From: Azolla caroliniana
Taxonomy: Eukaryota; Plantae; Polypodiophyta
NCBI GenBank assembly: GCA_043228905.1
Contig: JBHGNT010000003.1
Location: 2,914,001 to 2,978,000, forward strand
Length of the DNA stretch: 64,000 bases
Direction: 5' to 3'
In this document: in pieces, positions 38,243-49,860 of the stretch
Layout: each line of letters begins with the position of its first letter
Numbering within the stretch: the stretch's first letter is position 1
Program-made: the position numbers and the translations under genes
Notes under the pieces: model-generated
The model's input: the letters and a program-made list of their open reading frames with translations, nothing else
The model's database searches: none
Told to the model about the DNA's origin: nothing

Positions 38243-41200
38243 CTAAACAGTATTTCGCTCCACTACGTCTGGGCCCCTTGACCGAGTAACTGGTCTTGTT
38301 CCCGATCGTGGCCCCTTCTTCAGCCTTTTTCTGGTTGGTTCCCCATTTAGCCTTGCTTCTAGGACCCAATGCGCAAGTGTGTCCTCCTCCGACAACCTTC
38401 CCATCGCCTCAGCAGCTAATTGCACATCAGCCGTTTCTTGAACTAGCTTTTCAAGTACAGAGGGATCTGTTTGGACATTTTCAGTAGTTGGGCTCGGTGG
38501 GGTGGAATCAAGGTCTTGAGACTCGAAGAAATGTTGCATCAAGTGTTCATAAACACTGTTGTTGTGAACCTCAGTTTTACATGTTGTTTCCACTATTTCA
38601 TGGCATTTCACATCGTTGCCTAATTCAGTACACTGTTCCAAAAGAATAGGGTGCAGCTGATCTGAAGGAGATGTGATAGCAGGACTCTTACTTTCAGCCA
38701 CATTGGCAGTAGTATCCTCATCTGTTGCAGCATCATCAGCACCAGACACATCATGTGCCGTCCTTAATCCACAAGATTCTACAATAACATGACAGTTATT
38801 TAGGATAGCTAATTAGCTACTTTACTAAACTATGGTAGAAGCTAGGATAGCTAATTAGCTAGTACGATAGCTAATTAGCTAGTATGATAGCTAATTAGGT
38901 ACTTTACTCAACTATGGTAGTAGTTAGGATAGCTAATTAGCTACTTTACTCAACTATGGTAGTAGCTAGGATAGCTAATTAGCTACTTTACTCAACTATG
39001 GTAGTAGCTAGGATAGCTAATTAGCTACTTTACTAACTATGGTAGTAGCTAGGATAGCTAATTAGCTACTTTACTAACTATGGTAGTAGCTAGGATAGCT
39101 AATTAGCTACAATGAAAGCTAATTAGCTACTTTCTGAACTATGTAGTAGCTAGGATAGCTTATTAGCTACTAGGACAGCTAATTAGCTGCCAGTAGCTAA
39201 TTAGCTACTAGGATAGCTAATTAGCTGCCAGTAGCTAATTAGCTACTAGGATAGCTTATTAGCTACTTTACACAACTATGTCAGTAGCTAATTAGCTACT
39301 ATGATAGCTAATTAGCTAGTAGGATAGCTAATTAGCTAGTAGGATAGCTAATTAGTTGCCAGTAGCTAATTAGCTACTAGGATAGCTAATTCGCTAGTAG
39401 GATAGCTAATTAGTTGCCAGTAGCTAATTAGCTAGTAGGATAGCTAATTAGCTTTTTTACACAACTATGGTACTAGCTAATTAGCTAGTACCATAGCTAA
39501 TTAGCTACTAGGATAGCTTATTAGCTACTTTACACAACTATGGCAGTAGCTAATTAGTTACTAGGATAGCTAATTAGTTGCCAGTGGCTAATTAGCTAGT
39601 AGGATAGCTATTTAGCTTTTTTACACAACTATGGTACTAGCTAATTAGCTAGTACCATAGCTAATTAGCTACTAGGATAGCTAATTAGCTAGTAGCTCAT
39701 TAGCTGCCAGTAGCTAATTAGCTAATAGGATAGCTAATTAGAAAAGACTAAGCTTATTAGCTACAGTATGGTATACCTGTTAGTTTTCTCCACTCATTTG
39801 GTAGAGTTGTACTGCAATCTCCCAAACAGAATGCAGCAATTCGACAGGCATGTTGAAAACAAAGCAGATGGTATGTGTGGTTGCATGGTTGTAGGTGAAC
39901 CAACAAAGACGCAGTTTTGTCCTCCACACCTAACCCGCAAGCGATGCAACGTGCTCGAACTGTCAATAAATCATTTTCTGGTTCTACTTCATTTGGTAAG
40001 GGAGCAAGAATGTTCAGGTCCAAATCCTGTCTGGTCCTTACCATTCCCTCCACAAAATGTAGCTTCTTCTTAAGGCAGCTAACTACCTGTTCTTGATGAA
40101 TGTATTGTTCCTTCAACGCAACAGAGAAATTTACCGATTAATTATTCTTGTTGTTGAAAGATACACCAACTTTGCTCAGGAATCGTTAACTTACTTGAAG
40201 CTTATCCAAATTGTAATCTGCAACAGTATTTACACCTAGAAGGTCCAGGTTCATTGAAAGAACCTGGATCTCTATTTGCAGTTCTATTTTACGCTGGGGA
40301 TCCAGTGGCCCCTCTAATTCAAGCTCCTGTTGCGCAACCTATTCCAGATAATGCTTGATTAGCACATTTTACTCGTTATTTATAACACAATCACATACCA
40401 GCAAAACAATAGTTACCTGAATCTTATTTCTAATTGTTGTAACAGCAGAAGTAACTTTGCTCTCCATTGCAGAAGCCATTGTGGCTTTCTCTAAATCAGT
40501 CTTAAAAAATGCCAATGTCTCACAGGCTTCATGGACATTTTTTAGCATATAGCTAACAAATGTCTCACCTGTATCATCGACATTGGCTTTCCTTGGGTGT
40601 CGGTGTGGTGTATGCCCCCGGTCTTGCTGGGAGTCGGCAGTTGCATCAACAGCTGCCATGCTCCAAAATCTGTCTATTTTTTGTGCCAAGGTCCCCATCT
40701 TTCGGCATCTTTTTACCGATGCCTCACCATAGACTGCCCAAGCTACCCTATACATTTCAGGGTCTCTAGATTCCTTCGTTGTTTTGCAGTACTCATATGC
40801 AAATGCTCTAGCAAATGAAACTGACAACTCATTGTTGACTGGGATCTCCTGATGAACTTTCTGGTGCAGTCTCATGCAGTCATCGTACAAGTCGGCTCGT
40901 ACATGCTTCAGCTTGACCTTGCCTTTGACTCTAGGCACTGTATATACTGTCATCCAGTCTATATCACTGATCAATTTATCACTTAGGACAGCAGGGTCAA
41001 CACCCTCGAGTGACAGACCATAGGTGTTGTGGAAGTCCTCCTTTGTCTCGCAAAATTTTGCGAAGTTTAGCACTCTCGTATACGGAGGAACGAGCCATCT
41101 GAAATATCATTTCAGAAATCAGAAATAGTGCAAAATCAGAATATGTGAGAATCAAAAACCCCAATCAACAACAACAAAAATGGTGCAAAATCTTTAACTT

Positions 41201-41726
41201 AGCAAATCAGAAACCCTAATCATAATTTGTATTCAGAAATTTGAAATCAGAAACCCTAATCAAAATCTGTAATCAGAAGTTTGAAATCAGAAACCCTAAT
41301 CAAAATCTGTAATCAGAAGTTTGTAACCAGAAACCTTATTCAGAAATTCTAATCAGAAATTTATAATCAAAAACCCTAATCAGAAATTTCAATCAGAAAC
41401 CCTAATCAAAAATTTCAATCACAAACCCTAATCAGAAATCCTAAGCAGAAATTTATAAACAAAAACCCTAATTAGAAATTCTAATTTGTAATCAAAATTT
41501 GTAACCAGAAACCCTATTCAAAAATTCTAATCAGAAATTTATAATCAAAAACCCTAATAAAAAATTTCAATCACAAACCCTAATCAGAAATTCTAATAAG
41601 AAATTTATAAACAAAAACCCTAATCAGAAATTTCAATCAGAAACCCCAATCATCACTAAAGACAGGATTAAACACAAAAAAAGTAATATAAACACACCTG
41701 TTGCTACTCCCCGATTTGCGAGACAT
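38243..41726 (-). CDS. Predicted five-exon gene, ~574 aa, unknown protein with RING-like Cys/His domain
   Basis: Exons 41726-41698, 41098-40417, 40338-40195, 40110-39777, 38778-38243; all GT..AG introns with consistent phases (2,0,0,1) and no stops; CIACG..PCNHTYHLLC..C...C motif. Confidence 0.7.
38803..39762. repeat. Array of palindromic TAGCTAATTAGCTA motifs (intron 4)
   Basis: Several dozen agctaattagct units, organised in ~18-42 bp higher-order repeats. Confidence 0.95.
41150..41652. repeat. Telo-box-like (AAACCCTAA) repeat array in intron 1
   Basis: Repeated cagaaaccctaatcagaaatt units. Confidence 0.85.
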
Positions 41727-42129
41727 CCTTGTATGGGACTCCAAGGACTTCGCCCTATTCGATTTTGGGGAAATATGAATCGGCACCAAAGTTCAGACAG
41801 TAGTCAAAAAGGAAAAACAAATGTTTGGGGTTTCTGTAACTGAAACATACCTGGACGATGATCGAGCGGGTTCTGTGTTGTAGCTCTCAATCTGCAATGT
41901 CGATTTTTTGCTGTTGCGGGAGCTACGTCTGCGTTCGTGCTCTGAGTACTCCATCTGCGTTCAAAATCAGACTTAGGCTAAACAGGAAATTGATGACATT
42001 GAAGTCGACCTTAGATGATGGTGATATTCCCCAAGTTCCACTACGTCTGAAACAGAAGTTCAAATATTTGAGTTTTTTCATAAATTAGTTTTTCAAATAT
42101 TTGATTTTCCCACAAAAAAGACTAGCTAA

Positions 42130-42182
42130 ACAAATAGCTAATTAGCTATGGCCATTTTAGTAGCTAATTAGCTATAATAGTG
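42130..42182 (-). mobile_element. Possible CACTA-type terminus
   Basis: - strand reads CACTATTATAGCTAATTAGCTACTAAAATGGCCATAGCTAATTAGCTA; unrelated repeat sequence follows 42182; partner end not found. Confidence 0.4.
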
Positions 42183-42469
42183 TTTCCACTCGCATGCTTT
42201 TACCCAAAAGCAAATCAATAATAACTTTATCATATCGTCATCATTTTCATGATAGACTCACCTAATCATGAGATATTTTCCATTGTAGCATATCCAATAG
42301 GTTTAATATCCCTTAGCTTGAGGTGACTATAGTGATCGTTGGCTCTATGCACATCCCTCTACCTAACTATCTACCTACTCATAGATAGAGCAACTTGGCT
42401 ACAAAAGGGGAAAAAAAAAAGCTTAGCTCCCAAATGAAGTAGCTCACCTACCACTTGCTCACCAAAAAG

Positions 42470-43600
42470 GTCAGCTCGACGAGAAAGGGCATCGGCCTTC
42501 CCATGTTGGCCACCAGGTCGAAATACGATCTCAAAAACATAGTCAGCGAGAAATGTCGACCAACAGGCCTGCCTTCGATTCATAGTACGAGTGGTGGAAA
42601 AATAAACTAAATTTTTATGATCAGTCACTACCTGGACACGATGTTGTGCGTCGCCATTCTTCAAAGGCAGCAATGATAGAAGCAAGCTCCTTGTCGTTTA
42701 TGGGATAATTGATTTCAGAGGCCGTGAATTTCCGGGAGTAGTAAGCCACTAGGTGCATTAGGTTGGTGTCGTCTACCTGGGATAAGATGGCGCCAATGGC
42801 GAAGTCCGAGGCATCGGTTTCGACTTGGAAGGGTTTTGTGGGGTTGGCATGTATCAGCATCGGGGCAGTGATGAATGCGTGTTTGAGTGAGTCAAACGCA
42901 TTTTGTGCCTCTGAGGTCCATAAAAAAGGAGTACCTTTACAGGTGAGGGCGATAAGAGGTTGTGCTAGGGTGGAAAACCCCTTGATGAAGCGACGGTAAA
43001 AATTTGCGAAGCCGAGGAAGGATTGCACATCTTTAGGTTGCCTTGGAGTCACCCATGCCCGAATGACAAAGACCTTCTTCATATCCATGGTGATGCCAGT
43101 GGGCAAGATGATGTAGCCTAGAAATTTGGTCGAGGTACGGTCGAACTCGCATTTCTCGCCTTTGGCATAAAGGCCATGCTCGCGAAGTTTGGCAAGAACT
43201 AATCGGACTTGGTGAGTGTGCTCTTCCATGTTTGGCGAGAAAATGAGAATATCATCGAGGTAAATGACAACAAAATGATCGAGATATTCCCAGAATATCA
43301 TATATTGAAAAACTATTGGGGCGTTAGTAAGACCAAATGGCATTTCCTTGTATTCGAAATGCCCATACTGTGTTCGGAATGCGGTTTTCCATTCATCCCC
43401 CAGCTTGATGCGTACTAGATTGTACGCTCCACGCAAATCAACTTTGGAGAAGACACACGCAATTCGGAGTCAACCAAGGAGTTTCGGGATCAAAGTTAGC
43501 AGATAGCAGTTGTGCACAGTGAGTTTGTTGAGACCTCGGTAGTGAACGCATAAGCGTAGAGAGTCGTCCTTCTTCTTCACGAATAAAATGGTGGCCCCGG
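42470..43600 (-). pseudogene. Gypsy RT-RNase H fragment (Tcn1/Tf2-like chromovirus type)
   Basis: RGAYNLVRIK.GDEWKTAFRT.YGHFEY..MPFGLTNAP, YLDD, ETDASDFAIG, TDHKNL, ADALSRR; frameshifted. Confidence 0.88.
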
Positions 43601-44922
43601 TCGCATCAGGTTACTTCGTTTCATGGTTGTTCTCTTGTTTCCTATTTTGCAAACTTTTTTCTATCCACCCAGTTGGGTGAAGAATTGTAAGGTTATTTTG
43701 CTTGGTTTATCCACCCAATCAGGTGAGGATCGTAGCCAAGCTTGTTGCCTTGAAGCTAATATATTTCCTCTAGACAAAAACCTAGAGAGACTAGCACATT
43801 CCTTGTGCTTATTGTTATTGTATCCACCCAATTGGGTGAAGATTGTACCCAAGGCTGCTACCTTGAGGCTAGGACATTTCTCTAGTCAAAACTTAGAGAG
43901 TCCGTACTCATTTGTACCCATTGTTGTGTAGCCAAGGCTGCTGCCTTAAGGTTTGTACGTTCCTCTAGTCAAAACTTAGAGAGGTCATATGTAGTTTGTA
44001 ATCCTTGTTATTCTATCCACCGGATTGGGTGAAGGTTGTAACCAAGGCCATTGCCTTGAGGTAGATACACCCCTCTAGTGAGGTCGTATTTCATTGTACT
44101 CCAAATTATAGTGAAGTTGTTTGGAACCTACGGTTCCCATGGTTTTTCCCTAATTTGGGTTTTCCACATTAAAAAATTTGGTGTACTCTCATTTTTGTCT
44201 TGTGGTTAATTGTGTTTGAAGTTTTAATCATCCCGATTCAGCTCCATATTCCCATCAGGACATTGCGACTATTGATATCATCCTCTGATTTCATGAGAAT
44301 TGACATCTTCCACAAATTCTAACTTTTCACAAGGAATCATTGACCATATAAAACAGATTTGGCTACGTCTCAATTCTGCTTTTTCTATATTTATATTAAC
44401 ATGTTTTGGTGGGATAGAAGAAGACTCAAGGGTGGAGAGTTTTCTATATTAATGTTGGCATATTCTTGTTTCTTGTCAATTTGATATTTAGTGTGCACGT
44501 TTAGATTAGGACATTGTGACAACTATGATGAGACTAGACATTCTAGCAATGTTGAAAAACGTTAAATGTTGAGCCACAATATCAAAGTACCGCCTTTATT
44601 CACCATATAAGGATTTTTTGATATTCCAACAAATATTATTGTTGTCATATATACAAAGTTACCTTATGACGTTACATAAGGTCTTCATAATTTTAATTTG
44701 CTCCTACATTTCCCTTTAAAAGACAGATAAACATGTTTGTTATTTACTATCCTTGTTGCTTCAGGATACGTGAACCATGAAGAGTAAATTTTGATTCATT
44801 GCAATCTGCACATTATGAATACATTATGATTCATTGCAATCTTCACTGTTGTATAAAAAGAGGAATGATACTTTGATCTTCTCCAAGAAAGTATCATATT
44901 AGAAGTAGTAGTAGTTTAAGAG

Positions 44923-46172
44923 ATGGGTGGGAATATCAACAAGGAAACTAGAATTACCATCCAACCTAATGGGGCTATGCATCCACATGAACCCATCCAT
45001 CCTAGCCATACAAACCACTCCATTCGACAACTTGGTCAAGCCAAATGGATAGAAGAAATGACAACAAAGATCAATAATATTGCTCCTGTTGTTGTTAAAC
45101 CTACATCCAATATGTTCTGGTTACACAAGAATTACAAGAGTCTAGTAGTTTACTGAAACTACAAGATACATGGCCGACAAATCAAGGAGTTGGGTAGCTA
45201 AAATCTAAACATCGTGATCGCCTGCCAACAACATCTCAACTCTCGAAAGTCGGCATCCAGTTCAAGCCATGGAAAGGTAACATATCGGTGATGAAGTGAT
45301 ATCCGAGAAAACTTCAGCTCGATCTTCCACGGCTTGTCGTGTATGAAGGCACACAGAGGATGTGTTGAGGAACCTCCTTGCTCATGAACAAACCTCCAAA
45401 GGTGGACGTGAGTTTACTACTCCTTGTCTTTACATTATTGCAGACGGTGTCGTGAAGGTTTTCGTCCACAAGCGGAAACCCGAGCAACGAGAGCCAAAGA
45501 GCGATGTGCAACGTTGCACACGTACATAATGTATTTGTAATGTATTTGCACACGTACAGAGTGATGTGGTTGTACGCACATCCACGCGAGAGAGAGAGAG
45601 AGAGAGAGAGAGAGGTACTATGCGGTACATAGGTACCTAGTTGTTTGTGAGGAGGTGGGAGTTAAGGGGCCATCAATCTCACCCTCCCCCAAATCAAGGC
45701 AAATATCCCCTTTGAATGAAAGGGGATATTTTAGTCTCACTTTTGTAAACGGTCTTCCCTCCTTGTGCTATAAAAGGAGAGAGAAGGCACCATTGTGGGG
45801 GTTGCCTATTTTGAGTGTGCGAGGTATACCACATAGGTCGAGCGTTAGGGTTCGGTTAGGGTTTTCTTCTTGGGTTTTCCTTCAGGGTTTTCTTATAGTC
45901 GTTTGGTGCGGCCATGGCGGCCACCATTGTAAAGCGTTTATGTTTTCTTAATCGAACTTCTTGTTGAGTATCTTGACTCCATCTTCTTCATCTTCTTCTA
46001 TCATAATGTCATATTCGTTCTCTTCTCCTCTTGAGCTATGAGCTAATCTTCCATTCGTTGTCTTAACCTTTCTCCTCTTCTCCCTAGTCCAAGTTCCCCG
46101 TGGTCCCGCCCCTTCCACACGCACGCGCGTAACAACGCGACAACGGTCTACACGATCTTAGGCTATTACTAG
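44923..46172 (+). pseudogene. DUF247 type-A4 internally deleted pseudogene, interrupted by a solo LTR
   Basis: Same large deletions as A3; 77-aa N-terminal ORF; ends ggctattactag. Confidence 0.88.
45448..46142 (+). mobile_element. Solo LTR (TGTCG...CGACA), 4-bp TSD ACGG
   Basis: acgg|tgtcgtg ... cgcgaca|acgg; empty site gagacggtctacac in the duplicate at ~35447. Confidence 0.9.
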
Positions 46173-48445
46173 TACAACCTCTACATGAATCCTAAATAAG
46201 GAAGCTCAAACACAATAAAGTGAATGAGGTTTCTCTTCTTGATTCATTTTCGGAACCTCATTTGACTTCATTACTTTATTTGTGTCTATTTGGTTTCTAA
46301 TCCATATGAGCTTTTATCATCGTGGAAAATTATCCTAAGAATCTTTGTGCTTACAAATAAGAACACAGTGAGACACGGCATTGTATTTACAACACCTTGA
46401 TTGGTGCTTAATCCAATAATTATTTGTTACAAGGATTGTTAATGCGATTTAAGTGACACTTGTAATAATAATAACATGATTAGTGTTTAACGCACTATTG
46501 AGTAATTATTTGTTACAAGGATTGTTAATGGGTTTTAAGTGACACTAATCTTCATGTTTGTCAACCCTAGATAAAAAGTCTTCTTGAATGTACTTCTTTA
46601 CTCCAAAACTTTATTTACAAGTATAGTTATGCTAAATAAGCCATGAGAACGTTGTGTTTAAAATCCTAATTCCCTAATATGAATATAGAACTTCGTACAC
46701 AATGGCAAGGAAAATTGATTATAGAATGTCCAAAGCAACCTTACATTTATTAGTGAGTATGTTGACCAAATATGTATCGACTTAAATCCATTAATAGGAC
46801 GAGCAAAGTAGTCTTAATGGACCCCATGACCTAGCCTTCCCATCATGGACGCCACTTGCGCATACTTTTTGTAAAATCTCATCCATCGGCCATTAATAAT
46901 AATAGCAAATTGATAATAACTTTACCATATCATCGTCATGTCTTGAGAGACTCACTTGATCATGAAATATTTGCTATTGTAAACATATCCAATAGTTTTA
47001 ATATCCCTTGGCTTGAGGATGCCTATAGTGATTGTTGGCTCTATGCACATCCCTCTACCTAGCTACATCTTGCTACTCGGCTGCAAAAGCTCATCGTCAT
47101 AGAAAAAAAAGCTTGGCTCCCAAATCAAGTAGCTCGCCTACCACTTGCTCATCAAAAGAGATTCTGCATATTTGCATTCCTATCTCCCCCCAATGTTGGG
47201 CGAATTCCTAACCACAATATTACGCATGCCATCTAGGGAGGACTTTGTCAACTAATGTGGGGGAGGCTAGGAAAAAGTTCTAGCTAGAGTTTTCACATTC
47301 TTCAAACCAGCTATTTTCATCCCGTTTGACCTACTTATAGGAAAAATTAACATTAAAAAGAAGTAAGAGTTTAGAAAAAAAAACTTTAGTCCCCCCTCCT
47401 CTTGTTCTCTACATTTATTTGATAAAAGGAAAATTGAATGTCACTAAATAGGTTTTTTGGCTCAAAATCTCCCAAGACTTTTCCCATGTAATATCCCAAA
47501 ATTATGCCCAGAAACTTTGTTGGGCGTAACTATTTCCAAGGGCCCAAAATTATGCCCAGGAGCTACTTTCCCATTAGTTAGGAGAGGATCCGGACTCAAC
47601 TTATTACCAAGATGTTGGTAATACATAACTCTCGAACATAATTATTGAATCATATTTTGATGAGTACTAAGAGCACTCCAACATTTCCAAAATGGAAAGT
47701 AAAATTGAATGAAGAAAACAGTCAAGTCTCCAAAATAATTACCAGATTACCAATTCGTTCTTCGGAAATCTGCTTCAAATATGGACTGGCACAGTTCCAA
47801 TCGGCATTTAACACACTATTACTACTTGATGGAAAAGCATGCTTAGCACCTAAAACTTATCGCTCGATAATGAATGCCAATGTGGTAATATAATGTAAGA
47901 TGATGAGTTATACATGTTTGATAAATAGTGGTATTTTTCACACAGGTACTATAATTTGGTTTTCGATTAGGTTTTCAAAAGAAAGATAAAGGGATGGAGA
48001 TGAAGGTTATTTGTATGGAGGGGTTTGGATAAATTTGTTCCTATTTTCTCTAACTTTATGTTAATTACAAATATAGCCTTCCATCACTTAAGAGTCTCTT
48101 TGAAGCAACAAGGAAACAGAGTCTCTGTCTCTCTGCCTCCTACTTATCTTATTCTGTTTCTCTTATGACTGTTCTTCTATGACTGTACAAGCTCTCCATT
48201 TTAGTTCAAAATAAAGGTAACCGAAAGACCCTTCGTTTCTTTCCTTTCTTACCCCTTTTTTCTTTTTTCATCCCTTCATATATATACATATTGCCATAGT
48301 TCAGAACCTTTTATAACCAGACATTCTCTGTCTTTATGGGACACACATGTTTATAGGTAAGAACAAAAGAAGAAAGAAAGGGGATAAATAGTATGTGATG
48401 CGATGCCTCATATGTATTGTAAAAAACAATTAGTTTGACATGACC

Positions 48446-48477
<32 letters not shown>

Positions 48478-49534
48478 ATTGGAACAATCTAGACCATATA
48501 TATGAACATCCAATAATGAAACTTAGTATTTTTATGAATCATTCAGACCTAGACTTATACTTTTTCTGAGACATAATAATAGCATAATATTTATTTGTAG
48601 TAACTGGTTTGGAGTTTGTGAAGGCGGCCCTCTAGAAATGGTATTTTGCGATTTCACTCATGAGTTAGCAACCAAAGAGAAAAAAAATATTGAACATTAA
48701 AAATAAGTGAGCTTATCCTTTTTTATGAAAATTATAGAAAATTGAAAGTAGCTCAAGAATTAACATTGCAGCACAAGGAATCTATGTCACTAACCTATTA
48801 ACTTCGATTCATAGTAGAAAAATCTATAAAATGGCACATAATCATGATTTGGGATTACATTATTTGTCATTGTTTGAACATAATTAAATCTATATGCCAC
48901 ATAACCATAATCTGGGAAGATGGAATATGAATCAAAGACTTGTGAGTCAATTCATGCTCTTTTCTTCTCAAATTATTAATGATTGTTTGAGACCCAGTTC
49001 TGATCAGATCACCAGGTCTATGTTGGGCATAACTGTGATCAAACTTTTGTCTAGCTCCAATCTCTATTCATTATTCATAGCTCCCTTTAATTTCATGAGT
49101 ATTGACTTCGTCCGCAAATTCTTGCTTTTCATGAGGAATTATTGAGCATCCAAAATCGAAGCTGGCTACGCCTCAAATCCTGCTTTTTCTCCCCTAATGT
49201 GACATAATTATATTTCATGGCCTTTAGAGTTTTCCCCAACATTATTTACAGACTTTCAATAACACCATTTCTCGAGTCAATTCATCCATTTTTACTGAAA
49301 TTATTCGTCTCCCATTGAGAAATTTTAGACTCCCTGTATGAATTTTCGACTCAATTCATTTATTTTCCTCAAATTATTCGTCTTCGATTGAGAGATTTTA
49401 GACTCCCAGTTGACTCCTTGGAACTATCCTTTCTTTTTTGAACTGACTTCAAGGAACATTTAATTGGGGAAACAGACATCTTAGCCTGGTAGTCTTTAGA
49501 AACTTCGATATTAATATAGTGGAAGTTTAATGAC

Positions 49535-49860
49535 CAACGGTCTACAATCGTCGCAATGACTATGATGAGTGTTTCCCAATGGCATTGGTAGGTTTTAATT
49601 GATATTGCCAGTAATGTCACTTGCATGTAGTATCAATGAAAATTGGTGTCATTAGAGCTAATTAGAGCTCATAATAGGACAAGTAATAACAAAATTATTA
49701 ACATTTACCCCAAACTCTGTTATTTTCATACTCACTGTTTCCTCTCAAATAAATCAATCAGGAGTCCAACTCATCCCTTCTTCTTTTTCCAAACTATTCA
49801 TGGCAGTTTGAGATCTAATTCTGATCAGATTTTACATATGTTGGACAAATGTGATCACTT
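49535..49860. repeat. Dispersed repeat, three copies (also ~52085-52370 and ~53780-59610, the last split by Copia 2)
   Basis: caatgac..gagtgtttcc.aatggcat..gttttaattga..gtcacttg..ttggtgtcattag.gctaatta. Confidence 0.75.

Larger units (their letters stand above)
43602..48403. repeat. Segmental duplication, copy 2
   Basis: Starts in the middle of the solo LTR (43602-44257 matches 33621-34276); carries an extra solo LTR at 45448-46142. Confidence 0.92.

Noticed and set aside
41150-41652. Interstitial telomere or chromosome fusion scar
   Set aside because: The AAACCCTAA cores are single and separated by other sequence, not tandem (TTTAGGG)n
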